DNA of 64,000 bases from Hydrolagus colliei (Eukaryota), in the NCBI GenBank assembly GCA_035084275.1, contig CM068746.1:24738001-24802000 (forward strand), given 5' to 3'. The position numbers and the translations under genes are program-made. The notes beneath the pieces are model-generated. The model was not told where the DNA came from. It was given only the letters and a program-made list of their open reading frames with translations, and made no database searches. Shown one piece after another: positions 1 through 13,378 of the stretch. Position 1 is the stretch's first letter. Each line of letters begins with the position of its first letter.

Positions 1-1474
1 CACAGGAGGAAGAGTGAGACATAAAGGCGAGACAAAAGCAAAGCTAGACAGAGGCAAAGAAGACTAGCTGCACAGTAAAGTAGCACTAGCTAATATACCC
101 GAATGGTGTAACTAGAATCTCCAGCTTTCAAATAGTTCCCAGAAAAGCACAGACTAATTTAATTTAATTTAAAATTATGTTGCTGTTTTGATCTGCAGAT
201 TTTATATTATCAATGAATCGAGTCCAGACAAGGATATTAAAATCACAAGACAGGAAGTCTTATCAGTGTTGATCAGCCACTTCAACTGAAAACAGGTGCT
301 TTATTGTGTATTTTTGCTATAATCAACAAACAACAACAACAAAATTACACTTGTATAGTGACTTTCACATCAGGAGGACATCACAAGGTACTGGACAGAA
401 ACACTTATAGAAAGTAACAATATTGATGATATTCTGCTTTACATCCTTAACTGGGTTCTGGTAACTGAGGTGTGAGAACAAAAACTGACCTCAGATAACA
501 GCTTATCTCCTAATAGAGGTTCAGATAAATTATCTGCTTATTTTTATCATTGTGGTCTTCATAAGCTGCCAATACTATGTCTTGGACTTTCCCTTTACCA
601 GTGCAAGTACAAGATTATTGAAGCTGAATAGTTCAAAAAACAAATTGTTAAAAGGATGAATTTTAAAAAGGGCAATTTAAAAAAGAGTGTGATTTCACCT
701 GTTAAAAATCATTAGTCTAATTCATACTGATAGTTACAAATTCATCTTTTCAATACACTTCATAACACGATGAATGCTGAACTGAATTGGAAACTCAGCT
801 CTCAATTTGTCCCTTTAAGTGATGCTCTTAGCTAAAAGATTTTGGTGCAGATGTGGAAAGGAGCATGCCCTATCTGGCTTGTTCATGGCACTTGCAGGGA
901 CAACCGACTGACTGGGGAAGAATTATTTCCAACAAGCTTCCATTAAGCCTACAAGCCAAAGCTGTAATGGGTAGAGTGGTCATAGCCCGTGTTTAATTAC
1001 TAATTAAACTCCAGCAATGTGCTAATGGGTCCCCAAGCCTTGGCTCTACCAACATGTGCCTAAACTCTCAAGGAGTAGGTGAGCAGGATACATTGTTGTT
1101 ACCAACAAACGGAAACCATAACATATGTGGAACTCTCAGTAGTTTGAATTGGAGACTTGTGAGTCTTTTAGTGGGTTTCAATGTGTCAGATACTTCTTCA
1201 TCAACAACAACAAAACAATTACATTTGTATAGCGCCTTTCACTTCGGGAGGACGTCCCAAGGCGCTAGAAACATTTAGAATTATTTAGATTCTAAACCAA
1301 TTTTATGTTTATGTGGGAGGCCAGTAGTGTGATTTGGGCAGAATTGAAAGGTGCATTGTTGTAGCTAGCTCCATCTAGTGCTCTTCATGAATAACTGTAC
1401 CAGATATCAGAATCCTGCCACAAAAAATGTCAGCATTTATGGCTTGTCTTACTTTGTCAATCATTTGAATTAAA

Positions 1475-1957
1475 TGATCATTTCAATCCACGACTGTTTG
1501 TGGGACACTGCTGTGTGCAATTGGCTGCTGCATTTCGTCCGCAAGTATACAGTCAATTCACTTTACAGTATAATCTGTGAAGCACTTTGGGACATTTAGA
1601 AAATAGTTCTCAACCTTTTTCAGTAATGTACCCCTTGTCAATTTTCAACATTATCGTGTACCCCCACCCAACCATACACACACCTCATTCTACTTGCATT
1701 TTATGACCAAGCTTTTCTTATACTGTATAACAAAATAACTATCAAATACAAAACGAGGGGAATAACAATTAAATATGAGATTTGGAAGGCTATAAAATGC
1801 TAAACAAGAGAGCTAAATAAATCAATGTACCACCACTTGTACCCCCTAGAAGTAATTTTGTATCCCCTGGGGTACATGTACCCCTGGTTGAGAACCGCTG
1901 GTCTAGAAGATGTGAAAAGCACTATATAAAATGCAAGTACTATTATTATTATTATTT
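1475..1957 (+). mobile_element. 5'-truncated tRNA-derived Deu-like SINE, interrupted by a hAT MITE
   Basis: Body motif tcatttcaatccacgactgtttgtgggacactgctgtg..aattggctgc and tail gtgaaaagcactatat..aatgcaag(att)n, shared with many copies in the window. Confidence 0.85.
1602..1900. mobile_element. hAT-Charlie-like (MER5-type) non-autonomous DNA transposon, ~300 bp
   Basis: TIR cores gttctcaacc / ggttgagaaccgctg; flanked by atttagaa and gtctagaa, resembling the Charlie NTCTAGAN 8-bp target. Confidence 0.8.
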
Positions 1958-2637
1958 TAAAGTGTTTATATTAATATTAAAATACAACAGTAATTTCAAG
2001 CTACAGATTGCAATAGTTCATTTTTTTAAATCTGAAAGGAGCAATTGTGACTGATATTAGGTTAATAGAGCATAAAATGAAAAATAATAATCCTTGCATT
2101 TGATATAGTGCATTATTACATCTTTACAGAATACGCTATAAAGCGAAATTGCTAAATGTATATTTATTAAACTGTTCTATTTCACAATATTAATTTGTTG
2201 CACTTTGATGAGCACAAACATACACAACTCTCAGTTTGAATCAATTTAGATTAAATCATTTATCATCACCCAATTCATAGAAAATGTTAAATCAGCTGCT
2301 CAAGGCGCAACTTTGTTGATGCAAAACAATAATATTAGCCTATTGATCTCATACAGTCAAACATAAAAATGTGTCCTTTGAACTAATGTAATGCAATAGC
2401 ATGGTTCCATTTGCATTGTCAATCAGGACTAATATATAGTGATTATTAATGGGATTCGTGAATATGGAAACCAAATCAGGGCTCCTACCAGTAAGTCACA
2501 CAAATTCATGGAACTTTGCTGTGTTGTAGATTGACTCCATTAGAACAGGCCCTTTGTTACTGAAGATTAGCTACAGCACATCAAGATATTAGAAATCTAA
2601 CATTACTACTGAAAACCTTTACATGTGAATATGAATG

Positions 2638-2940
2638 TGGAGTCCTGTAGCTCAGGGGTTAGAGCACTCGCCTTGCAAGTGAGAGACCCGAGAGACCTGG
2701 GTTCAATTCCAGGAAGGGCAATACCTTGGGCAAGTTTCCTTACTCCACACGCCTAATAATAGTCGCGCACAATTTTTTTGGGGGTCATTTCAGTCCGTGT
2801 CTCTGTGGGACACTGCTTTGCAAAATTTTTGCTTTGCAAAATTTGCTGCCGTGTTTCACCCACATATATACAGTCAATTCACTTTACAGTATATTCTATG
2901 GAGCGCTTTGAGACATTTAGAAGGTGTGAAAAGTGCTATC
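2638..2940 (+). mobile_element. Full-length tRNA-derived SINE
   Basis: Head tggagtcctgtagctcaggggttagagc (A box), ggttcaattcc (B box), family body and tail. Confidence 0.9.
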
Positions 2941-3215
2941 CATCCCGCAGCCCCTCCGCCTTGCTTCCTCCATTTCCTCCTTCAAGGCCGTTCTCAAGAC
3001 CTTCCTCTTTGACCATGCCTTCAGCTGCCCCACTAACTCTTCCCCCTCTCCCACTCTCCTCCCCCTTCCCCCTTCCCTCTTCCCCCTACCCCGACCCTCC
3101 CCCCACCACCCCCCCAGCCCCCCCGCTCGGGTCCCGACCAGACTGTTCAGTGCTTTGGGACGTCCTCCCGATGTGAAAGATGCTATATAAGTATAATTTT
3201 GTTGCTACTTTTGTT
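2941..3215 (+). mobile_element. L2 LINE 3' fragment inserted in the SINE tail
   Basis: Encodes ..SSFKAVLKTFLFDHAF; ends ttgggacgtcctcccgatgtgaaagatgctatataa..ttgttg, as in the L2 at 11402. Confidence 0.85.
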
Positions 3216-5584
3216 ATATCAAGTACACTACAAGGATTATTATATATCTTATACAGTGGTCAGCCCATGACCTCAATTGTTTGCATGAGAAGTTAAACCA
3301 AGATCCTATCTACCTGTTCAGGTGGATATTAAGGATCCCTCGGCATTATCAAAAAGAGAAGGTATTTTCTTTCAGTCTTCTGGCCATCAAGCCCTCAGAT
3401 AACATTGCTCATTCATTTCATGGGTATTGGTGGGATATTGCTGTATTGTATGTTGGGTGCTATGTTTGCCAAAAATACCCAGTCACTTTGTTTTCAGGTA
3501 AATTCTGTAAAGTACTTTGAGACCATTGAATGATATGATAAGGTGGTATCAAATACAAGGATTATTATTTTTCTAGCAATTCTCTGGTATACATGCATGT
3601 ATTCATCCAGGGAAAATGTAGTTTAGCTGCAAATAGCAATGATTTTATATTTGTCCTGAAAATTCATTCAGGAAAGAGTTTTATTTCTTAAAGTAAACTA
3701 AGTACTTTATAGAGCGCCTTGGGACGTCCTCCCGACGTGAAAGGCGCTCTATAAATGTAATTTGTTGTTGTTGTTGTAAGTACAGTACTTGCATTAAAAA
3801 AAGTTATGTAGATGATACTGTGTGTCACTCATATTAACAAGAGCAGATAATCACGCATATTGTGTACTAACATACACTAACTCTATTTATGTATCCACAC
3901 CAGAATGTCAACCTGTGCATAGTAGGCAAGCTGGTGATGGAGTTGAGATGGGACCGGGTTTGTTGGATCTGTTGGTCATTAATGTTCCTGACAATTATGC
4001 CTGGCGCTTGTATTGAAACTGGTTAGAATTGAAGGAAGCATCTTCAAGGTTTCATTGTTGCAATTTCATCAAAACAAAAAGCTACCTTTGAATTTCACAG
4101 AAGTCTGAAGTCTGACACCAGCAACCGTCAAGATGAAGGTTTTGATTTCTCTTCAGCCCCCATCAAATAGGCTCTTGAAGTCTTAGACTGGTTTCCTGCG
4201 TAAAAATGTAATACTCAGACAGATTCAAAAAGGATGTATTTTTGATAACATCAGCTTAACAGAAATGAAAGACTAATATGAGTCATTCATTTAGCAATAA
4301 GCTTTGTACATCAGACATGAAAAAACACTGCATGGTTTTGTTTGGGAATTGTATTCAGTTTTCAAATGCAACATTCACGCAGTATAGAGGCAGACACGAG
4401 ATTGCGTTTCACAACATTGATCAAAGTATTGATAGCAAATGTAGTGTATAATAATATCTGATATTTGCCATTTGACTAAATTCACCATAAAGTGAATTCG
4501 TTATCCATTTGTTTACCCTGGCCTGTTCCATGTCCACCACCATTAGAGGTCAGGCTTTCAGTCTTTCTGCCTCTACCGTCCAGAACTCGATCCTGGAATA
4601 TATATACTGTATATCAGCAACAACAAAATTACATTTGTATTGCGCCTTTCACGTCAGGAGGACCCATTGTGGAGGCCTTTTACCCAGTCAGGTGGCTCCC
4701 GCTCTGTGTGTGAAAAGTGCATTCATTCTAACCATCTGCAATCTTTCCACTAAACCAAGGATCATTTTGGGTAGCATGTAAATGTTTAAGCTGACACCTC
4801 TTCCATGATTGTGTGGCTAACTCAGCAAACAAAAGTGCACCCTGGTCAGACAAGCTCCTGAGTACATTTTTAGCAGCTGTATTAAGCCCTTAGAGAAGTA
4901 ATCTCAACACGAAAGGGCACCATATCAATTGTGACGCACTGGTGGGCACACTCAATCTCAGTGCCATTGAGCAGGGATAGTTGGAAGCACAAAGTACCAT
5001 GGTGTTTCATCTGTGATGTTAACTGTGGTATTGTGAATGACAAGGATATCACTTAGTGAATGAATTTTGTATGCAAGGGAAATACATCCTGATCAGCTTT
5101 GCGAAGTTAAGGCCGAGTTAAAAATCACAATTATGTTTTGGAATTGCTGACCTGCATGAAGTCAACCAATTACTGCTGCAGGCAGACACATGATCCATAC
5201 GTAGCATTCAGTACTTGTCTTTGGGGTGGACTTTCCCACATCTTAAACAATCTAAGAGCAGAAAAAACGAAATGCGTAACCATTTGCTAGCTTAATATAG
5301 TAAATCATAAGTGCAACTGAGGTCGGATGTCAAACCTGATGCCTTTTAAGTGGATTTGCTCAAGGTTTCCTGTATGATAACAACTATATTGGTTTGTTCA
5401 TTTCAATGGGCAGGAAATTTCTAATGCTGTTATTCACATAGTATTAAAACCTTAGCTTAGCTTAATGGGGAGCCATCACAGGTGCCGTCCTTCAGTTAAG
5501 ATTTAAACTAAGGCCTCATTTGCTTGTTTAGGTGGACATTAAAGATCTCAATGGACTATTTAAAAAGAGAAGGGAGTTTCCCTG

Positions 5585-6230
5585 ACTTGCTCTTCCTTTT
5601 CCCATCTCTGCAACATTGCCCGACCCCACCACTACCTCATCCCCAAAGCCGCTGAAATCCTCATTCACGCTTTCATTACATCCCGGCTTGACTATGCAAA
5701 TACCCTGCTTGTCGGCCTTCAATTCCTCCCTCCACAGGTTGCAGATAATCAGAACTCTGCAGCCCGTGTCCTGTACCTTTCCAAACTCTGTGACCCCCAT
5801 CTCCCCCATCCTTGCCCGACTCCATTGGCTCTCCATCAGCCAGAGGATCCAATTCAAGATCCTGGTCCTCACGTTTAAAGCCCTCCACAACCTCGTCCCA
5901 CCCTATTTCCATGACGTCCTAACCCCTTACCAACCTGCCCACCCCCTCCACTCAGCAAACTCTGCCCTGCTCCATGTCCCTCGACTCACCCACCCCACCA
6001 TTGGTGGACGAGCCTTTAGCTGCTCTGCCCCCAACCTCTGGAATTCCATCCCGCACTACCTCTGCCTCGACCCCTCCATGGACTCCTTTAAGTCTCGCCT
6101 CAAGACTCTCCTCTTTGACATGCCCGTCGGCAACTCCCAATCCCCTCTTTCCCTCCACCCACCCTGTCCCCAGCTCGGGTCTGAAATAGCGCCTTGGGAC
6201 TTTCTCCTGACGTGTAATTTTGTTGTTGTT
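5585..6230 (+). mobile_element. L2 LINE ORF2 C-terminal fragment
   Basis: ORF 5616-6341 contains ITPISPILARLHWL..RIQFKILVLTFKALH..GGRAFS..APNLWN-like L2 motifs; (gtt)n tail. Confidence 0.9.
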
Positions 6231-6390
6231 TCCTGGTCAACAATCCCCCAAATACATTGGATTTCTTTAGATCCTTATAATGTAGACATTTCAAAGTGCC
6301 CTATAGTAATAATTCTGCTGGGTAGTAACTATTTTCTGTAAACAAACCAAACATTTTGCACACAAACATGTAAGGCCTCACAAACAGATA

Positions 6391-6441
6391 AGTGACTAAT
6401 TTTACAAAGTGACTAATTTTACAAAGTGACTAATTTTACAA
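6391..6441. repeat. 3x 17-bp tandem repeat (agtgactaattttacaa) inside an old SINE
   Basis: Directly visible. Confidence 0.9.
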
Positions 6442-7414
6442 ACTGTTTTCAAGTAGTGGCACCTGCTACACAAATGTTGTTGTTCTTGTTGAACAAGACC
6501 TTTAATGTCCATCTGAACAGGCTTAGAAGGTTAACAGCTAATGTCTCATCCGAAGGACGGCACCTTCTACAATGTAGTGTATCCCCAGCACGCGTTGCAA
6601 CATGACCTTAGACTTTATGAGTTCCAACTACCGTACCAACATGGAGTTTGAACTCATAACCTCTTGATTCAGGGGTGAAAGTTTGACCAACAGAGCCAGA
6701 CTGACACATCTTATTCTGCAAACCAAACCAGCTCATGCTCTTGAATGTGGGTTGCTCTGTTTAGAATTCCCCTGTATTCAGCGGCAGGTTATTTCTCTGT
6801 AAACCTCTATTAATGACCACACAAATCGTTCATACCGTTCTGTGAAAATCCTGTACTCATTGTTGGGTTTACCACAGAAACCCACAAGAAATTAAGACCT
6901 AAGTACCTTAAAACCTGCCACTCTGAGCTAAGATCTGTGTCTCCTCTATCCACAGCTCTCATGTCTCTTGACTCTAAGCTAGTGTGAGAAAATGCTGTAT
7001 GGTCTCAACAAGGCTTAAATACCCTTTGATGATGGTGTAGAAATGTTTTGATTGTCTCATATTTCCATTTTCATCCTGGCACTGGGGTAATAAATAATTT
7101 GAATGAAAGCAGTCAGCTAAAATGATGATTAATAGCAGATAGAAGACAAAGAATGCACTCGCTTCTATATTCCAGCCCATGTTACTCCATAAACTGCCCA
7201 AATCTTGCTCTTAATTCATCAAATTAGTGGATGAGTTTCTTCATCCTGATGCTATCAGATCTCGAATTGTAAAACAAAAAATTGCTCCACATATACTGAC
7301 CCTAAACCGCACTGAGTGTACATATATTCCCATTTTAATCCAGCGTGTAGAGTACTCACCTCACAAGCGATGGGACACGGGTTTGTTTTCTGGGTTTGGA
7401 GCAAAACTTTAGAC

Positions 7415-7690
7415 AACAACAACAAAATTACATTTATAGAGCGCCTATCGGCACTGAACTCGGTCCCAAGGCACTGAACAGTCAGAGGTCAGGACCCATG
7501 CATGGGGGAGGGGCAGGGTAGTAGGGAGGGGCGGGAGAGAGGTGGGAGGGCAGCAGAAGGCACAACTGAAAAGGAGGGTCTTGAGACTGGTCTTGAAAGA
7601 GGCAAGAGAGGAAACAAGGCGACGGAACTGTGGGATGGAGTTCCAGAGTGTGGGGGCAGAGAGGCTAAAATCTCAGCCACCAATAGTAGA
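7415..7690 (-). mobile_element. L2 3' fragment
   Basis: (caa)n aaatttacatttatagagcgcc tail in reverse orientation. Confidence 0.8.
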
Positions 7691-9669
7691 CAAATCTCCT
7701 TACTCTGTTTATCTAGCTGTAAGGAGGAACACAGTTGTTAGTCGATTCACGGATTGCTATTCCGGGAGTAAAAATCCCTTTAAAAAAATAAAGTCACTCA
7801 TTCACAAATGTTTGTGGGACACTGTTGTGCACAATTGGCTATCTTGAGTTTGCCCCACAACATATACAGTGAATTAATTTTACAGTATATGCTGCAAAGC
7901 GCTTTGAGACATCTCAAAGACGTGAGTCTGATGAGCAACAATCCTGAAGTGAGAAGGAAAAGGCGTGTACATAAACATTGAGGTGAAAATTTCCTCAATC
8001 TAAGTTGAGAGGAGAGTTTCACTTTGTGCCTCATTCAACTTTCTGAGATGTGACGGCTGCCAAGGAGTAACCAGCATCTTAAAGAGACAATTTCTCTAGA
8101 CTTGGGTCCACGGGCATCCATTTTTCTGTAAACTTCAGCAAAACTGTTTGGTTAGAATATATCTATTTACAGTATGGTATTGCTTGGTTAGTGGTGTGTT
8201 TCTGAGAGTTTGCTAAAGTGTCTGCACCCTGCATGCCCTAACCTGCAAGTGATGCTAATTGCCCACATTGAGAGTGCAAATGGAGACTATAGGTGTGCAG
8301 GTTGGGCTGAAACCTCAAGCAAATTATTCAGATACAGAATTGCACCAGAAAATGATGCGGTCATGCGATATTCACTAAGACACTAGCCAGAGAACCAAAT
8401 ACCAATGGCAGTCTCCTGTTACAAGTAGGCGAACAATATATGCTCCCACTCCTCATATTACTATTTTTCTACAGATAAAGTATTATACATAGGAGATACT
8501 TGTACTCCATAGATGGGAAAGAGGAAGATGTAGGGATGTTCATTGCTAAATCAGTTGAGTTCAGATCCCAAGATGTCATGCTCAAACTGTACAATACTCT
8601 GGTCAGACCTCACATCAAGGGCTGGGTACAGTTCTGCTCATCACAGAAGTTGGCTGTCCAGAACTTAAAGGCAATGTAGAAGAGATCAACAAGGATTCTC
8701 TGGACAAAAAGCCAAGGACTCTATTTGTTTTGGCCTTGTGCATTTGTGCTTTTACTTTTGCAAATCTATAAATCTGAAGCCTGAGATTTCCTTTTCAATC
8801 TATAATAATAATAATAATCCTTGCATTTGCAGAGTATACTGTAAAGTGAATTGACTGTGTGTGTGTGGGTGAAACGCGGCAGCCAATTGCTCTATTCCTC
8901 TTACAACAACAACTTGTATTTATGTAGCATCCTTCATGAAGGCGGTGGGGAGGGCAGGAGGGTAGCTTCCCGGAGCGCTTGACAGTGGCGGAATCTGACC
9001 CGAGCCAGGTGGAGAAGGTTGGTGAGGTGACCGTGAGCACAATCAAAAAGCAAGGTCTTTAAGCAGCACTTGAAAGTGAGTAGGGAGGGGGCAAGATGGA
9101 GGGATAGAGGGAGGGAATTACAGAGCTTAGCGGCATCGTGGCTGAAATCTTGGATTCTTATCTTCTAGGGATATTTTGCTAGCGCGAATCACTTCATATT
9201 TCTCTATATTAAACTTCATCTGCCAACTATCTGCCCATTCTGAAAGGCTGTTTATGTTTTTCTGCATCATTACATTTCACATAGAGAAGATTTGCTTCAA
9301 AGGACAGGTGTATACTGAAAAATATAATGACTGCATCTTTTCGGCATACAAGAGCTGAACCAAAAAAATGCTGCTGTAATTAATTATTGAGAGGCAAATT
9401 AAACATCCATTTAAGGAGGTTTAAAGAATGTCAGTTGGAACTGGCAGAAATGAAAAATGCTCTCCATGAGAACATACAATACAAAATATAATATAAAATA
9501 ACATTTGTAATTCATGGTATGAAGTAAGCAGAACGGAGGGTGTGGCTGATGGAACAGGTTCATAGTTGATTATAGAGATACAATGGGGCGAGGCAGTGGA
9601 GGCATTTGAATGTATCGACAGGGAAGGAAAAACCAGTGGATTTGGGTTGGGTAACTAGTGGATTAAATT

Positions 9670-10080
9670 AGAATACATTAGAGTATACAGCACAGAAACA
9701 GACCATTTGGCCCAACTGGTCTATGCTCCAAATGAGCCTCCTCAACTAAATCTACAGGCATAACCTTCTATTCCTTTCTCCCTCATGGTCCTATCTAGCT
9801 TCCCCTTAAATACATTTTTTGCTATTTGCTGCAACAACTCCTTGTAGTAGCAATTTCCAAATTCTCACTACGTAATTTTTTTTTCTAACCACTTTTGATC
9901 TATTTGTGTATATTTTATATAGATGGCCCCTGTTTTTAGTCCCCCCCACAAGTTGAAACATCTTACCCATGTCTACTCTATCAAAACCTTTCATAATTTT
10001 AAAGACCACTATCAGGTCACCACTTATCCTCATCTTTTCAAGAGAAAAGAGGCCAAGAATGTTCAGCCTTTCCCGATAGT
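9670..10080 (-). mobile_element. CR1 LINE 3' fragment
   Basis: ORF 9806-10114: YRERLNILGLFSLEKMRISGDLIVVFKIMKGFD (CR1 ORF2 C-terminus). Confidence 0.9.
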
Positions 10081-10099
10081 TACAGTAAAATCGACAGTT

Positions 10100-10955
10100 T
10101 CTCTTCCAGCCCACATCAGCAAAACCAAGGGCTCCGCACCTCAGGCACTGGCAGTATCAGCATCCACGGATGCACACTCCACCTCACCAAGCTAGCCAGG
10201 AACCTGGGCATTTTGTTCAACCCTGAACTGTTCTTTCTCCCCCTTATCTGTGGCATGACTAGCCTTCCACCACTTCCGCAAAATTGCCCAACTCCGCCAC
10301 TGCCTCACCCATCAGGCCGCAGAAAACCTCACACACACATTTGTCACCACAAGGCTCAACTACAGCAACTCCCTCCTTGTCAGCCTCCCCAACTCTTCCC
10401 TCCAAAAGCTGCAGATCATCGCACCATCATCGCTCCATGACCCCATCACACCCACCTTCACCCAGATCCACTGGCTCCCCATCCCTCAAAGATTAGAATT
10501 CAAGATCCTCATTCTCATTTGCAAGGCCATCCACAGTCTTGCCCCCTCCTAACTCTCTGCCTTGCTGAGCCCCTATCAACCTGACCACTCCCTCAGTTCC
10601 GCAGGCTCCAGCCTATTCCATGTCTCCTGCCCGACCTGCCCTACCATGAGCAGCTGGGCCTTCAACCTCTTTCCCCCATGCTTTGGAACTCTATCACACA
10701 ATCACTTTGCCTTGCTCCCTTCCCTTACCTCCTTCAAGGCTGCTGTCAAGACCCTCTTTTTCGATTGTACCTTCAGCCACCCTCCTACCTCTCTGCCCTC
10801 ACCCCAATCCTGTGCCCCCCCCCCCCCCTCCCCACCCCCCTCACACCCACTACCCCATGCCCCGGTACTTAGCACCTTGGAGCATCCTATTTAGTACCTT
10901 GGAACATCCTCCTGGCGTGAAAGGCGCTCTACAAATGCAATTTTGTTGTTGTTCG
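10100..10955 (+). mobile_element. Decayed L2 LINE 3' region
   Basis: Nucleotide similarity to 11402-12200; tail gtgaaaggcgctctacaaatgcaattttgttgttgtt. Confidence 0.85.
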
Positions 10956-11401
10956 GGAAACATTGAACCATCAAGCACAAGCTGAGCCTGTCAATGCAAG
11001 CCTCACTAATTTTACAAAAGTTCTGATGCTGTTGCCATCAAAGACTGTTGCAGTGTTGAGGAAATGTGTGGGAGTTAGAAACTATACTTAAACAGCAGTT
11101 GACCTGCATCTGTGTCCATTGTGCACAGTACAGGTCACAAACCACGATGTGCAGCACTCAGATTGGTCCAGTTTAGCTGTCAGGATGTGTAACATCTAGT
11201 ACTGACACTGTTGATTTTGAATAATTTATGTTTAATCTTAACCGTGAACTTTTTAGTTCCTTAATTTACCTTTTACTGCTTCATGTCAGTTTACAGATTA
11301 TCTGTAACATGTAAACAATGCTATTCAATGTCATTCCTACTTCACTGTTTACCTTGGGAGCTGATCTACAGGTTGCCGTATTAACGTAGCTCAGTGTAAC
11401 T

Positions 11402-13097
11402 CAACAACAACAACAACAATTTACATTTATAGAGCGCCTTTCACGTCGGGAGGATGTCCCAAGGCGCTGAACAGAAGGCGTGTGACCCGAGCTGGGAGGG
11501 GAGTGTTTGGGAAGGGGTGAAGCACGAAGGGGAGGTAAAAGAGTTCAGGGTGGAACAAAAGGCACGATCGAAGAGGAAAGTCTTCAAACCGGCCTTGAAA
11601 GAAGAAAGGGAAGAGACGAAATGGAGGGATTGAGGGATGGCATTCCATAAGGTGGGAGCGGAGAAACTGAAGGCCCGGCCTCCGATGGTGGGGCGGTTCG
11701 GGTGGGGGGCTTGGAGCAGGCCAAGTTCTGTTGAACGGAGGGTCCGGGTGGGCGTGTAGGGGGAGAGTAGATCGGTTAAGTAGGATGGGGCAAGGCCATG
11801 TAAGGCCTTGTAGGTGAGGACGAGGATCTTAAACTCGATCCTCTGGAGGATGGGGAACCAGTGGAGACGGGCGAGGGTGGGGGTTATGTGGTCGCGGAGG
11901 CGGGTGCGGGATAGTACACGGGCTGCAGAGTTTTGGATGGCCTGCAGCCTATGAATGGAGGAACTGGGGAGGCCGACTAGGATAGAATTTCCGTAATCCA
12001 GCCGTGAGGTGATGTATGCGTGCACGAGTGTTTCGGCAGCGCGGGGGGTAAGATAATTACGGAGCCTGGCAATGTTGCGCAGATGGAAATAGGCGGTGCC
12101 GGTCAAGGCGCGGATGTGGGGGAGGAAGGAAAGTTTTTGATCGAACATGATGCCGAGGTTCCTGATTGGCTTTGTGAGGTGGCGAGTGCAACCTTGGATA
12201 TTGAGGCTGGCAGTGCCCGATGTGCGGAGGCGCTGGCTTGAGCCAATCAGGAGGGCCTCGGTCTTATTCACGTTCAATTGCAAAAAGTTGTCCCTCGTCC
12301 ACGACTCGATGTCGGACAGACATGCTGTCAGAACATCGATGGTCTGGGGGTTGAGGGATGAAGCAGAAAGGTACAACTGGGTGTCATCCGCATACATGTG
12401 GAAATTTACCCCATGTCTGCGGATGATGTCACCCAGAGGAAGCGTGTAAAGGGTGAAAAGGAGGGGACCGAGGACAGAGCCCTGAGGGACGCCGTGGGAA
12501 ACTGTGCGGGGGTTTGAAGAAAAACCATTGGAAGAAACAAAATGTAAACGGTGGGTCAAATATAAATGGAACCAGTCAAGGACTGTGCCTTGAAGGTTGA
12601 GGTGGGAGGAAAGACGTTGAAGGAGGATGGTGTGATCGACTGTGTCGAACGCAGCAGACAGGTCAAGGAGGACGAGGAGGCAGAGGGAGCCCGGTCACAG
12701 GCGGTTAGGATGTCATTTGTGACCTTAACCAGGGCAGTTTCTGTGCTGTGGATAGGGCAGAAACCTGATTGGAGGGGTTCAAGAAGTGAGTGATTTGAAA
12801 GGAAAGAACGTAGCTGGGAGGCAACCACTCTTTCAAGGACCTTGGATAGAAACGGGAGGTTGGAGATGGGTCGATAACTTGATGGTTGCGACGCATCAAG
12901 GGAGGGTTTCTTCAGGATAGGGGTGATGGTGGCTGTTTTAAGGGAGGTAGGGACGGTGCCTGAGGAGAGGGAAAGGTTGATGGTGTCAGAAATGAGCGGG
13001 GCTAACAAATGGAGCTGGGTGCGGAGGAGGGGGGTGGGGATGGGGTCCAATGAGCACGTGGTGGGTTTCATGGAGGTGATTGTTTTTGTGACTGAAA
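11402..13097 (-). mobile_element. Relatively young 5'-truncated L2 LINE (~1.7 kb), frameshifted reverse transcriptase
   Basis: ORFs 12556-13071 (YRPISNLPFLSKVLERVV..HSTETAL) and 11441-12559 (GVPQGSVLGPLLF, YADDTQLY); (GTT)n tail; flanking ctcagtg duplication. Confidence 0.97.
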
Positions 13098-13099
13098 AA

Positions 13100-13378
13100 C
13101 TCAGTGGTTAGAACATTCACCATGCAAGCGAGAGAATTGGGTTCATGTCCAGGGGCAAGTTTCTTTATTCCTAATAATAATCCCTTGAAAAAAAGCAATA
13201 GTAAATTGGTCATTACAATCCACAACTGTTTGTGGGACATTGCTATGTGCAATTGGCTGTCAGTGTTGCCCACAAATATGCAGTCAATTCACTTCAAAGC
13301 ATATTCTGTGAAGCACTTTGAGATGTCTAGAAGACGTGAAAGAGCTGTATCAATTGGAAGGATTATTAATATTATTGT
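13100..13378 (+). mobile_element. SINE whose A box is split by the L2 insertion
   Basis: ctcagtggttagaacattc..gggttca..body..tail; its first bases (gtagctcagtg) lie at 11386-11396. Confidence 0.85.

Noticed and set aside
4090-4200. Splice-like signals on both strands
   Set aside because: Stops follow quickly in all minus-strand frames; no supporting neighbouring exons
6391-6441. Short tandem repeats as a CRISPR-like array (also 49385-49425)
   Set aside because: Spacerless eukaryotic slippage repeats
11441-13071. Longest ORFs (RT) as a host gene or retron-like system
   Set aside because: Ordinary 5'-truncated, frameshifted L2 ORF2 with no endonuclease domain
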